This document shows, piece by piece, positions 40,301 through 49,043 of a DNA stretch of 64,000 nt. The notes beneath the pieces are model-generated. The model had not been told where the DNA came from. It did not search any database and worked only from the letters and a program-made list of their open reading frames with translations. A program made the position numbers and the translations under genes. The stretch spans positions 1-64,000 of the IMG/VR virus record IMGVR_UViG_3300032240_002575, one strand, 5' to 3'. This DNA is from a virus. The first letter of the stretch is position 1. Every line of letters starts with the position of its first letter.

Positions 40301-41640
40301 GTTTTACCATAAATCCCAAGTGTTTGGTTGTCAGCCAAAAGTTTGTTGAAATCTGTGGTCATTCCACTCAACTTACTAGCGGCATCTTGTTTTTTTACTG
40401 GGTCGTCTATATACTCTTGTCTGAAAATATAAACTTCTTGTCCTGTACCTTTTAATATTACAGGTTTGGTATTCATGTATTTGTTGAACCAAGAATCTTT
40501 GTTACCATAAATTTCGTTATAATAATTCCCTAAAGTTTCTTTATAATTTCTAATATTAGTCAACGGTTCTACGTCAGCCTTTGTATATGAATTTTGAATT
40601 GTTTGTTCGAAAGTATTCAACAAGTTCATCAACTCTGCCATCGTTAATTCTGGAAAATCAGGGCTTATTAAACCTTTAGCTTTATATTCACTATAAACTT
40701 CTAAAATTTTTTGATAACCTTTTTCTGTAACTAATTCGGTTGTAACATTACTTGTTGAATTCGTCGCAGTTTTTGCAACAGCTTTATCAACCAAATTTAA
40801 TTGTGCCTGAATTGTTGCTCCACCAGCTCCTTCTGATGCTGTTGGCGATTGTGAAACATTGAACGTTTTATTATACATGTGTGGTGTAGCAAATAAACTA
40901 CCCATCGATATTTCATTCAAAATGTTGAATTTATAACCAACAAATTCTAAATCAATTTGATAGTTACCACTAAACGTGTTGAATCGTGCATTGAATTTAA
41001 GAAGGTTTAATTGAAACCTCACAGCTTGACCATAGTATCCTTTGAGTGTTAAATAAAATGGGCAGTATGGTAAATTGAAAAATGCGGAATATGGTGAATA
41101 ATCTCCAAGTTGGAATAATGCTCTGCCTTGGATATCCTCTAACGTCATGGTGACACTTGGTACGAATGAAGTGTTTGTTTTTACGTTTATACTCGTAATT
41201 CCTAACAATCCGTTGTCGGTTGCCTTCCCACCTGGGTCAGTAACAACCATTTTGTGATATGGTTTGGTTCCATCTTTTGGGTCAATTATTTTGTCCTCCA
41301 TTTGATTAACCCCTAAACCGTTTACAGTGTTTTCACCAGTCAGTTCGTCATAATATCCTGTTGTTAAATTTTTACCTTCTGTTGGTCTCAAAAAATTCAT
41401 TTTTGCAACAGAAATTGTTCTAACTCTATCTTCAGGACTTCCACCTACAGATAGTTTTGTTCTTGGCACAACTTCAGCCTCAAGATTGGCAAACATGACC
41501 AAATTTTCATGGTCAACCAATCTTTCTCTAATGTTTCCAAATGCATCAATAGTTTTGTTTGGGTCAACCACAATAATATTATTATAGTCAAACTCAACTA
41601 AAATATTTCCGCTGTTGTCTCCTTGAACGTTACCTGCCAT
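34309..41640 (-). CDS. Giant baseplate hub protein (gp27/gp44/VgrG-like ends) with C-terminal IPT/TIG domain, 2443 aa
   Basis: N-terminal GITSINVK...SVTMTLEDIQG. Hub-type barrel YQCQVQCLGNALLQPTMYFNL...NGPYLITEVNHTITQGDFKTAF. IPT-like PTIKSFSPLTGVTGTILSIIGANL. Follows the LysM/gp53-like gene. Confidence 0.72.
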   Translation of the reverse strand: MAGNVQGDNSGNILVEFDYNNIIVVDPNKTIDAFGNIRERLVDHENLVMFANLEAEVVPRTKLSVGGSPEDRVRTISVAKMNFLRPTEGKNLTTGYYDELTGENTVNGLGVNQMEDKIIDPKDGTKPYHKMVVTDPGGKATDNGLLGITSINVKTNTSFVPSVTMTLEDIQGRALFQLGDYSPYSAFFNLPYCPFYLTLKGYYGQAVRFQLNLLKFNARFNTFSGNYQIDLEFVGYKFNILNEISMGSLFATPHMYNKTFNVSQSPTASEGAGGATIQAQLNLVDKAVAKTATNSTSNVTTELVTEKGYQKILEVYSEYKAKGLISPDFPELTMAELMNLLNTFEQTIQNSYTKADVEPLTNIRNYKETLGNYYNEIYGNKDSWFNKYMNTKPVILKGTGQEVYIFRQEYIDDPVKKQDAASKLSGMTTDFNKLLADNQTLGIYGKTPIKNSITKNTFIKQVALTDIDLVKTTTAQTGILTPTEADLKLTQTLIEKQIKPVLEKDTADTRFENIFGNVVVPPLFVFSEFRDLLSKMETIANQKLSEYETAITSDLAKKIEDSATGLGFKPTVRNVCAVIMASAEGFIRLLDEVHTNAWNVRYDPVRQLAILNNPASAPSTETRDDVKISPQAQSDNQGLVNGQIPVYPWPQFFVETPEDKKGRFQLRYIADPRNVDITQGYLYKKWPEVEFVEEYMRGLTQKFIQPTTQPPIDSQSTTHVININAIEYPSQGIAYANKQEVKFFYEIWERQYLTANYSGFIRATNNQLDQLTKTILSAETNNIVTGLGISSPFITFKLKNYGLNAKQYPLFLENISNQGTGRAYQDFIRDFYVTPYIKNLTENSFNILSLNDLGKEPQTNTKYDGLIQLAKTSTNDPIIIDTYPFTDPSWVSKNMANSVTNTKNSVYNTSKVLTVFEDRDVISNFESVYDYSTNRPVTNFSYLKVSNPTNQINSVGLTVFYDTRKDPTVFVPTESYVNYLSPNKNINVETTTSMLNTPYFVNSIQNGVYNWRKKDPYPYTQAAYLFINSLPIASLKEKYKTYNAPSDLDYIASCFKKFGAIHKMPYAWVLKLGSIWYRYKTYKNTNVDILDSAWQNFDYKTNFDPITSSDTKTYTFNFEGKNNITLQKVSSNSTSIQTGFYPKVINDFNVFYNGYDLYVNYNDAEIQASIDYGVKVYNFTESNVNAQTIAFPQNTPILTSSIQTWSVIVPNIPLDPITNGANCNPSNNTAGLKYYVVPSFGTQLNQVNTECLVGGIPVCPFADNPSIYNGSVRLLWSSPNYGYFNNDQIKKPQPDSYLNKFTSGNTQQAPFKMLIADDYSKIEEIFSVFDKSILDKFEQEFLNFCKPVGNIDLGNQPTVGIGQSPVDPNALFKNFQYLFTSMMEIESKNPSITNGEYFKNIGDKQLSLFASTIKSFLEYDVILKYGNPAQYKRRIFASYLAQGGGTNPIQDPITFNPYVKGSLPSKGGTTTIVQSKSKYSQAWLALETEVGFSTITNLTYTDNGSYITDFFIDNNIEFSSNNVVLLAPLIKMYATQKLYNPSITPSMFKNDIQTYLNNTTQFQNNILDLVLTQVRNKLPDQQELPEKAVASVIDGEQSKVENYEVFKALNDKWIAGSDYQSKTLFEDILFLDRASRNIGDTIIVDIFDLKNMFTENALNMQMSVFTFMSGLLIKNKFNVMPLPAYVNFYNIQDVDGTTIPQPEGQLEFADNMWGTFLDVDYRNSGPKMICFYAGKPSTILDLPKGNSRFRDDAFELRRASENPLIENQTNKKDWAISNKCVGFNVDVGTRNQNIFYGLNVSMDSGKATSETIQTQLNMIDQAKGRNVATQNVGLYNLYKQRSYQCQVQCLGNALLQPTMYFNLRHVPMFNGPYLITEVNHTITQGDFKTAFTGIRQGIYDMPSIENYLQSINQNLLSKIEAIVKTSKDDVTAKAETNIDKSKYVDQSGKNAAAAQNSCRANLVSPFTDWGDVQTSTSVGLSPQEFVAEIKKRVPNNVNLQTLIYMISYVTTFQQNQFYGYNNNFANITLTVDYGYSDSYFSKNKYSCLKISNSTTQQTSQPIANFDTITKFMDFMVSRLSPQVDRVFGDNAIGITKFYVCHWPVDNVAESYYDANISQYTTLDAKLQEAFNSAGHAGLNVESTTLAKKQNAKQTKAIVDANAGVKPTPNNVNTTNTAVVSCPPPTIKSFSPLTGVTGTILSIIGANLDTVTGVTINNVLTTTGITSISSTNMTVIVPFSSTGLPQNNPIIVHGVHGDGISLGNFTYNPNQKTPTAPPPIPGAPPNVNTQPQQTGPIVLTGNTKTNLTGSVEELTVGVNLAAGLWEMSPYDLTWTWKVVKIVEGPNNTFEERVIDSEKNMKNDFVGNFTADKQKFFVSDYEVIEKIKKVGVITDEELKTASRIYNTFNFVAVSPNSLTKFNTTGNPKDIILDVYLPFTMPILLK

Positions 41641-41953
41641 AATAATAAAAATAATTTGCTAATGCTGCTTTGTAATCTTGTAATGAAGGTAATAGAGGAA
41701 ATGGAATAATCAATACAGCACCATCATATATGTAATTTTCAAGACCTCCAAACTCTGGATTTGCTTGCAAAATTAACCAACCAAAATATGGTGAGTTATA
41801 AAATTCTTGCGATATAACGTCCAACCTACTTCTCCCAACTTTATAAATGTAAGTTTTATCAGTTGTTTTTTGGGGTATATTAACAAACGGAACAACAGTT
41901 TGTTCACCATTTATTAAAAAATCACTATATCGGTTCCAATATTGATATGCCAT
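41630..41953 (-). CDS. LysM-like baseplate protein (T4 gp53 / P2 gpX-like)
   Basis: YKVGRSRLDVISQEFYNSPYFGWLILQANP...GAVLIIP. Confidence 0.8.
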   Translation of the reverse strand: MAYQYWNRYSDFLINGEQTVVPFVNIPQKTTDKTYIYKVGRSRLDVISQEFYNSPYFGWLILQANPEFGGLENYIYDGAVLIIPFPLLPSLQDYKAALANYFYYYGR

Positions 41954-44900
41954 TAGTTAAGTTTTGCTTTTGATATAAATACGTTTGCAGGATTTTCGTC
42001 AGTCCAAGTTTTATTGTTTGTGTTTTGATTTTCAATCCAACCCAATCCTTTTATTAATTTTTGTTGTGCATCTGTGTTTGCCCCTTCTGTTGTATATTCA
42101 AACGTTCTTTTCTTTTTCAAAGTAAACGGAGTGTATTTCAAGAATTTTTGTAATTTTTCTTTTTCCATGTAATCCAAAAATTCTTTAGTTATATTGTTTT
42201 CTTCAACAAAGGCCGGTTTTGCAATTGTGTCCCAATATACGTTGAACTCCTCTGCAATATTTTGTGCCCCTTTTCCTATAATACCGTTATTATTAATAAT
42301 ATTACCAATCAAAGCATTTTTGAAGGTTTCGTATTTTTTTGAATCAACATCATCAGAAACACACATATATACTCTTCTGAAAATTTTATCTTGATATAAA
42401 GAACTTGTACTGAATGGCTTAAACACGTCTGATGTTGAAAACTTATATGATTGTTCAAAGACCATTATTCCCGTATATTTTTGTTTATCCCCTGTATATG
42501 TAAATTCCGTTGGTGTATAAACAACATCGTTAAATTCTTTGATGTTAGTGTTGATTTGGATAACATCATTTTGAAATTCAACTAAAGTATTGTTAGCCCC
42601 CGTAGATGTTGGGTCAATATCTTTTGTTGGATACAACACGTACGAAGTTACTTTTCCATCTTTTAATTGGTATCCATCTGTGAAAGTGTCTGCAATTGCA
42701 GGATAATTAATGGTATTGATTCTTCCCAAATATCCAATATAACTTTGTTGAACATCTACCATATTATTAATAATTGTTGTGATGCCGTTTTGGAATGTAC
42801 TTCTTTTATTTTTTACAAAATTTGAGTAATTTTCTTGTACTTGTTTTATTAAACGTTTTGAAAAATTCAACTTGTCTTGCGAAATGAATTGAATGAACCC
42901 TTCGTCTCCGTTTTTAATGTTTTTAACAAGTTCATCAAAAATTTCATTTGTTCTTTTTTCAATGTTATATGATTTACCGAATAAAGTGGTTGGTAAGTCT
43001 TTTGTAATTAAAAAATGGCCGTCCGTATAAGTTCTTTCCATCATCCATTGTTGACGAACTGCGTTATTATATTGATTTACCGTTTCTTTAGATTTATTCA
43101 AAACGTTAGTAAAATAGTTTTGAGTTTCTCCAACTACTTTATCCATAAACACACTATAGTTTATAGTACCAGTTTGTCCTGTTTGTGATACAACATTACT
43201 TGTTACGTCACCTATCGGTTTATCATTACTTTGGCCGTTGTTTGGTGTTGACTGATTAATAGTTGGAGGTGCTTGGTTACTTGCGCCCAATTTCAAAAAT
43301 TCAGCATCGATAACTTGATAACTCAAATCTGTTGCATCTGCTCTATCATCATATATTTCCGTGTTTGCATAATAGTTAAATGTCAAAGCATTTTGGAGTT
43401 TGTCAACTGACTCTTTAAGTCCACTTCCTCCAACAAAGTTGAACGCCAAAGTTACATTTGCAATCATTGGTTGGACACCGATACCTTCCGGATTTATATC
43501 CAAATTTTCGTAACTAAGAGAAAGTGAAGTTGGTATAATTTTAGTATTATAAAAATCCCCAACTCTCAAAATTAACACAGGTGGAGCACCAAAAGCAGTG
43601 TTTGTAGCATTACTGTAATCAGGTGAAGGCGTACCATTAATTGCTTTAATTGTTGGTATTGTATCACCTGGTCTCATACATTGTTGTAAAAATGTCAATC
43701 TAGAATTAAGCCCTTCTGGGGTAATTGAATGAAATGCTGGTTGAAAAAACCTGAGTTTATCTCTCAAATTATCGTATACCATCGGGGTATCTTGTTTTAT
43801 TGTTTCAAAATAATCACACTCTGAAAGCAAAGCTCTCAAAACTCTTTTACTTATGTTATCTCTATCTACAATTTTAGTTTCTGTAGTTGGTTTCGTCTCT
43901 GTTTTTGTAACAACATTTCCAGTTACCACAGTTGTTTTTTTCGGTGGTAGTACCGTGTTTGGTGCCTTTAACGTAGATTTAATACTAGAAATGTAGGCCC
44001 TTCTACAAGCCATCGCGTTTGTGGTGTATATTTCTTTGTTTGGACTTACTTGGTCGTCATTATCAGTACAAGTTACATTTCCTTTAGGGAAAAAAGATTT
44101 CGTTTTTTCATCATACGAAAGTGGTTGTGCACTTTCACCAAGATTTTTACCAGGTACAACTATAAGTCTTTTTTCTTTAACATATTGGGAAACTTTAGTA
44201 TTACCTGTAATATAAATTGCTGCTGAATCTATTCTTCTTGAAGCTAACTTTTTGTTATAGTCTTTTTTTGCCGCAGCTGAAGTTGTTGCGTCTATAGTTA
44301 TTGTGATGGTTCCCTCTTTGTCTTGACTATTTGTAAATTGTTTCACAATTTCATTAATTAAACCATCAATTTTATCTTTGTTTGCGGTAACAACACTACC
44401 AAAAAATGAACTAGTTTGAGTCGCAGTACTAGGTGATTGTTTCGCATAATAGTCTTTTTGTGAAACATAAGGTCCATAAACATCTCCAAAGTTCACTTGG
44501 TACTTTGTTGGGATGTCATTGTCAAAATAAAATCCTAGTTGTTCGTAACTTTTTAAGGTTGTTTCGGGCGCACCTCCAATACTGTTGTCGCTTGATAATT
44601 GGTCATCAGTTTTGAGTGTACTTACAGTGTATTCTAATTGTTCTTTAGTTAATTGTTTAGATGAAATTGCTTGTTGAATATCATATAAGTCGTTAGGTGA
44701 AATCATATAATATTTTTTTGCCAATTCATACAAATCATATTTTCTACATCCTGCAAAAAACGACTCTAAAATACTGTCTATTCTGACTTTGTTTGTTTCA
44801 TTTCCGAGTACTTTATTTACAATAACATTCAGAACTGAAGGGTGGTCTACAACTATTTTCCAACTTAAACTGCCAGTTCTATTAGTATTTTTGTATGTAT

Positions 44901-46953
44901 AGATTGGTTCAGGTCTTCCAATAAAATCATTTCCTTGCCAATTTGCGGAAACACTTTCTGAAAATTTCAAATCATACGGTGGAAACCACATAACTCTACC
45001 TCCGTTTGGTCCTCTTTCACAAACAGGTAAATCACCTACAGAATAACCAGGTGTGTTTGAAGTTCTCCAAGCCAAATTTTCTAAAGAAAACATGTACTTT
45101 TTTGCTTTGGCATTATTATAACTTCCAATTAAGTTGGTGGAATCTTGTCCACCTTCTTGTTTGTTAGGCGCAATGTTAAGATTATATGTTTTATCTAAAA
45201 CCGAGTATGAGAATCTCCTTCCCTCTGTTACTATACCATCTTGTTTTTGTAAGTCATTGTATTGAAGATATGGTATATCTTTAGCAAAAACCCTACAATA
45301 CTCTGTCCCCACTTCTTGTCCGATACTTCCAGTGTATCGTAGAACCCTAGAACCTTTTGTTAATTCTTTGTACCCATCATTGAAAACTTTACTTACTTGG
45401 TCAATCGCATTACCTACGTGTTGTAGTCTTTTACCACCTTGTGGTTGGCTATCAATTATTCTTTGTGTTTTATCAAGTATTGAACCTTGTTTGAATGTTC
45501 TTTCGGTTGATTCTGTTGAATTGTAAGATGATGGTTTGAAATCAGCATCCTGATTAGTTATTTCACCACCAATACCAACTTTTTTTCCGGCATTACCTTT
45601 GTATTTTGGAGATACCCATGTGAATCCACCTTCGATACCACCACCATCACTGTAAGTTGGTCCGTTAGCACCTAAACGTATATCTTTACTTGGTCCTTCA
45701 TATAGTTGAGCTAATTCAGAAGGCCCATAAACAGGTGTTTGTTGTTCGTTACCAAACGGGTCAACTGGAAGTGCTCTACTTGGTGAAAATACTCTTGATG
45801 GGTCAGATGTATCCGAACCCACATAAAAATTAGAATTGTTAGTTTGGGTTCCAACAACCACACCACCAAGTCTGTCTAATAAAGTTCTATCGTAGTTTGG
45901 TTTATATCTATTGTAATTTATGTTTTTCCACAATATAGATTTTTGACCCGCACCCGTGTTGTTATAAAAAATTTGAGTACCAGTTTTTCCCGCACCCAAC
46001 AGATTACTTACAAAATTACCAACAGCAGCAATCGGGTTTGCAATTAAAGATTGTGCAATTGTTGATGGTGTTGGTGGGTTGATGTTTGGGTCAAAGTACG
46101 AACCGGGTATTAATGAAAATGGAACTATACTACCTTCTAATCTCAACAAGAAATCCGCAGATGCTGTTAAAGGATTTGACGGTACCGTAATTTGATAATT
46201 TGGTTCAATTAACGGTACCCTTCCCGTTAATATATTTGTTAAGTTTGTACTACTATTAATGTTTAATATGTTCGCACGACCTATAGTTTCCCTAATAATA
46301 GCTCTACCGATACGGTCTTCAAACTCTTTCTTAAGAGTTTTGGCACCCAAACGTGCAATGAATGAATCTGAACTTAATAAACCATCACTTCCTTGTGGGT
46401 CTGGATTTAATAAAATCGACGAAGGTGTGTAAGTTGATGGTACAAATATTGACGGATATGGTTGATTGTTGTATAACTGTCTAGCGCCGCCAGGTATAGC
46501 ATTTGATATACTTTGTGGGGTTGTGATAAAAACTCCGGCATCATATTGTTGTAGTCCTCCACTACCAAATGCATTCAGTGGTTGCCACGGTGGTGAGATT
46601 GTCCCAAAACCTTGTTTTGCGGCAATTTGAGCCTCGTCTATCAAGTGTGCGTTTTGTTGTCCTGGTCCGTATTCACCTTGGTTTGAAACGTTATTATTCA
46701 GACCGGTTGGGTCAATTACTTGTTGGTATCCCCCGTTTGCGCCCCATTCATTTAATGGATATAAATTATTTGCAAATATTGGGCTGTCAATCAAACTATC
46801 AGGACTGTCAACTACAGAATAGTCAGATTGTGTTACTTCGTAGGTAATTGGTGGCGTAGCAGGGTTTGGAGATTTAGCATAAGGTACTAAATTCCTTGTT
46901 ATAAGTTTTTTTCTAAAAACTTCACTACTGATATAATCTAAAGGACTACCCAT
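41953..46953 (-). CDS. Tail tube initiator / baseplate protein (gp48/gp54-like) with inserted OmpA-like domain, 1666 aa
   Basis: FPPYDLKFSESVSANWQGNDFIGRPEPIYTYKNTNRTGSLSW and APPVLILRVGDFYNTKIIPTSLSLSY...PMIANVTLAF form a tube-initiator fold. YNKKLASRRIDS...ACRRAYI is OmpA_C-like. Sits between the tape measure and LysM genes. Confidence 0.7.
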   Translation of the reverse strand: MGSPLDYISSEVFRKKLITRNLVPYAKSPNPATPPITYEVTQSDYSVVDSPDSLIDSPIFANNLYPLNEWGANGGYQQVIDPTGLNNNVSNQGEYGPGQQNAHLIDEAQIAAKQGFGTISPPWQPLNAFGSGGLQQYDAGVFITTPQSISNAIPGGARQLYNNQPYPSIFVPSTYTPSSILLNPDPQGSDGLLSSDSFIARLGAKTLKKEFEDRIGRAIIRETIGRANILNINSSTNLTNILTGRVPLIEPNYQITVPSNPLTASADFLLRLEGSIVPFSLIPGSYFDPNINPPTPSTIAQSLIANPIAAVGNFVSNLLGAGKTGTQIFYNNTGAGQKSILWKNINYNRYKPNYDRTLLDRLGGVVVGTQTNNSNFYVGSDTSDPSRVFSPSRALPVDPFGNEQQTPVYGPSELAQLYEGPSKDIRLGANGPTYSDGGGIEGGFTWVSPKYKGNAGKKVGIGGEITNQDADFKPSSYNSTESTERTFKQGSILDKTQRIIDSQPQGGKRLQHVGNAIDQVSKVFNDGYKELTKGSRVLRYTGSIGQEVGTEYCRVFAKDIPYLQYNDLQKQDGIVTEGRRFSYSVLDKTYNLNIAPNKQEGGQDSTNLIGSYNNAKAKKYMFSLENLAWRTSNTPGYSVGDLPVCERGPNGGRVMWFPPYDLKFSESVSANWQGNDFIGRPEPIYTYKNTNRTGSLSWKIVVDHPSVLNVIVNKVLGNETNKVRIDSILESFFAGCRKYDLYELAKKYYMISPNDLYDIQQAISSKQLTKEQLEYTVSTLKTDDQLSSDNSIGGAPETTLKSYEQLGFYFDNDIPTKYQVNFGDVYGPYVSQKDYYAKQSPSTATQTSSFFGSVVTANKDKIDGLINEIVKQFTNSQDKEGTITITIDATTSAAAKKDYNKKLASRRIDSAAIYITGNTKVSQYVKEKRLIVVPGKNLGESAQPLSYDEKTKSFFPKGNVTCTDNDDQVSPNKEIYTTNAMACRRAYISSIKSTLKAPNTVLPPKKTTVVTGNVVTKTETKPTTETKIVDRDNISKRVLRALLSECDYFETIKQDTPMVYDNLRDKLRFFQPAFHSITPEGLNSRLTFLQQCMRPGDTIPTIKAINGTPSPDYSNATNTAFGAPPVLILRVGDFYNTKIIPTSLSLSYENLDINPEGIGVQPMIANVTLAFNFVGGSGLKESVDKLQNALTFNYYANTEIYDDRADATDLSYQVIDAEFLKLGASNQAPPTINQSTPNNGQSNDKPIGDVTSNVVSQTGQTGTINYSVFMDKVVGETQNYFTNVLNKSKETVNQYNNAVRQQWMMERTYTDGHFLITKDLPTTLFGKSYNIEKRTNEIFDELVKNIKNGDEGFIQFISQDKLNFSKRLIKQVQENYSNFVKNKRSTFQNGITTIINNMVDVQQSYIGYLGRINTINYPAIADTFTDGYQLKDGKVTSYVLYPTKDIDPTSTGANNTLVEFQNDVIQINTNIKEFNDVVYTPTEFTYTGDKQKYTGIMVFEQSYKFSTSDVFKPFSTSSLYQDKIFRRVYMCVSDDVDSKKYETFKNALIGNIINNNGIIGKGAQNIAEEFNVYWDTIAKPAFVEENNITKEFLDYMEKEKLQKFLKYTPFTLKKKRTFEYTTEGANTDAQQKLIKGLGWIENQNTNNKTWTDENPANVFISKAKLN

Positions 46954-46999
46954 CTATGTTTTCTTAATAAATAGGTTGATGGTTATTTTTTAAGACCAT

Positions 47000-48847
47000 T
47001 TATTTATGTTTTTCCAACTCTTTCGATTTTTGGGTGAAGTATTCATAAATTTTCTTTTTGAACTCTTCTGACTCAAAATATGTTTTGAATTGTTGTTCAC
47101 TTACTCCTGCAGGTGCATCAACTTTAATTGTTATTGTACCTCCAAAGTCAACTTGTGAATTCACTTGAGTTGTTTTGGTTTTGGTGTCCGCTCCTGTTGA
47201 TGAAGCACCTTTTCCAAATACGGCGCTTCTTGTTAAAGGTTCCGCTGTTGTGGTTCCTTTAATAGGTGTGGTTTGTTTAGGAACTTTTGTTGCACTTTTG
47301 GTTCCTGTTAAAATTTCTGAAGTATATCTTTTGAATTCTTTTTCTATTTCACTATTACCCGTTATTTTTTTGTTAGTTTCTTGTAAAATATCTTTGAGAG
47401 CGTTAATTCCCTTTTCACCATATAAGTTAGCTTTACCTCTTATTTGGTCTTCCAAATCAGATATTTTTTTTGTAAAGTCCGCGTCACTTATTTTTCCCAT
47501 ATCTTTTTTGCTGAACAATTCAACCATCTGTGAAACAGAATTGTTCACACTTTTGGTTATTTCAGAACTTTCAGGAATATTTTTATCAACAGCACCGGTT
47601 ACCGCTCTTGTAATTCTTTCTGCACCCACCAGATTTCCTCTTATAATTGAAGAGCCTGCAATACCGAAAGTACCTTTGGCAATGTTTGCATCCAAAGAAG
47701 CTTGTATGTTTTTTAATACATCTAATTGGCTTTCTTGAATTTCTTCCAAAGTTTGTGGTCCTTCTTCTTGCGCTTTCCTTAATTTTTGAAACTCTTCTTG
47801 TGTAATGTCAGTCAATTTCTTTTGTTCAAATTCACCCTTTTCGTTTTTAAGTCTGACTGTATATTCACCTTCACTGTTCATTGTAGCCATATTGGCTAAA
47901 AATTCTTTGTCTTCAGGTTTTTCAAATTTTAATGATGGGCTAATTTTAGAAATTCTATTATCTAAATCAGCAGCGGCAAGTGCAGTTTTGGACAGTTCTT
48001 TAGCACTTATGCCCGTTACATCGGCCATTTCTTTTAACATTAAAATACCCTGTGGGTTAATTTTGAATGTTTTTGTTTTTTCATCGAATTCTGTAAACTG
48101 TTTTGTTGCTTTAATAATACTATCTTGTAATGCTCCAGGGTCATTGATAGCATCATTCATCAAAGAGAATGGGTCAACTAAATTTCCTATGTTGACACCC
48201 AATCTTTGGAAACCCGCAGCTGCCTCTATAGCTTTTTCAGGAGACATAACTTTGTCAGCAAATTCTGCAGTTCTATTCATATCAAATCTCAACATTGATG
48301 CTTGAGCTGCCATTTTAGTTAATCCTTGAACTCCATCGGCAAAATTGAATCTGTTCATCATATCCATATTTTGCACTACGTCTTTTGTCACTACTTTTGC
48401 ATTCAACCCAATACTTTGGACATACTGAATTGACCCTTCTAAATTTTTACCTATCAATGCTGCGTCAATACCTGCACTCTCAAAATTTTCTACTAAAGTG
48501 GCGGAACTAGTTCCTAAAATTTTGGATGCTGCATAAAGTTTGCTAACTTGTTCTTCGGTTGCAATGACGTTTCGTCTTGCTCCTTCAGAAATTTCTTGCA
48601 TGGTTTCACTAACGTTGGTTATATCACCACCTAATCGAATTACACCCGCCGCGGCTTTTGAAACCGCATCGTTCATTTCTTCTAACCTTGTTCTTCCTTG
48701 AAGGAACGCATTGTTAAGTTTATCGGCCTCACTATACATGTCGCCAATAGCATTCAATATTTCCGTTACAGGTTGACCAAGTTTTTTTATACTTTCTTCA
48801 AGGTCCTTTGCACTACCTCTGTCGTTGGGGTTGTCGTTAACTGCCAT
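47000..48847 (-). CDS. Probable tape measure protein
   Basis: 615-aa helical Ala/Lys/Glu-rich protein in the canonical position (tube - chaperone - TMP - initiator - LysM - hub). Confidence 0.65.
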   Translation of the reverse strand: MAVNDNPNDRGSAKDLEESIKKLGQPVTEILNAIGDMYSEADKLNNAFLQGRTRLEEMNDAVSKAAAGVIRLGGDITNVSETMQEISEGARRNVIATEEQVSKLYAASKILGTSSATLVENFESAGIDAALIGKNLEGSIQYVQSIGLNAKVVTKDVVQNMDMMNRFNFADGVQGLTKMAAQASMLRFDMNRTAEFADKVMSPEKAIEAAAGFQRLGVNIGNLVDPFSLMNDAINDPGALQDSIIKATKQFTEFDEKTKTFKINPQGILMLKEMADVTGISAKELSKTALAAADLDNRISKISPSLKFEKPEDKEFLANMATMNSEGEYTVRLKNEKGEFEQKKLTDITQEEFQKLRKAQEEGPQTLEEIQESQLDVLKNIQASLDANIAKGTFGIAGSSIIRGNLVGAERITRAVTGAVDKNIPESSEITKSVNNSVSQMVELFSKKDMGKISDADFTKKISDLEDQIRGKANLYGEKGINALKDILQETNKKITGNSEIEKEFKRYTSEILTGTKSATKVPKQTTPIKGTTTAEPLTRSAVFGKGASSTGADTKTKTTQVNSQVDFGGTITIKVDAPAGVSEQQFKTYFESEEFKKKIYEYFTQKSKELEKHK

Positions 48848-48873
48848 AGTTTACTTTTTCTATATAAATAGAA

Positions 48874-48897
48874 GAAGGACTAAAAATTTAGTCCTTC
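48874..48897 (-). terminator. Hairpin/terminator at the end of the chaperone extension
   Basis: 10-bp stem GAAGGACTAA / TTAGTCCTTC covering the TAA at 48888-48890. Confidence 0.6.
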
Positions 48898-49043
48898 CTG
48901 TTATCTTCAATCCATTTATCCAATAAATATTTTCTTACAAAAATCGGCATTTGGACAAAATCTTGATACGTAATTTTCATTAAATTATTCAAATAATAAA
49001 ACTCATCTATTTGACTTTTCCTATAATCAGAAGAAAGGGCGAA
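48888..49043 (-). CDS. Tail assembly chaperone C-terminal extension ('T' part), +1 frame of the upstream gene
   Basis: Not in the ORF track. Open frame FALSSDYRKSQIDEFYYLNNLMKITYQDFVQMPIFVRKYLLDKWIEDNRKD* fills the gap to the TMP. Alternative ATG at 49067 (59 aa). Confidence 0.75.
   Translation of the reverse strand, partial: FALSSDYRKSQIDEFYYLNNLMKITYQDFVQMPIFVRKYLLDKWIEDNRKD

Noticed and set aside
34841-48305. Plus-strand ORFs such as 34841..35308, 47175..47738 and 47805..48305
   Set aside because: They lie fully antisense to well-supported genes, have shadow-like composition and lack upstream motifs.
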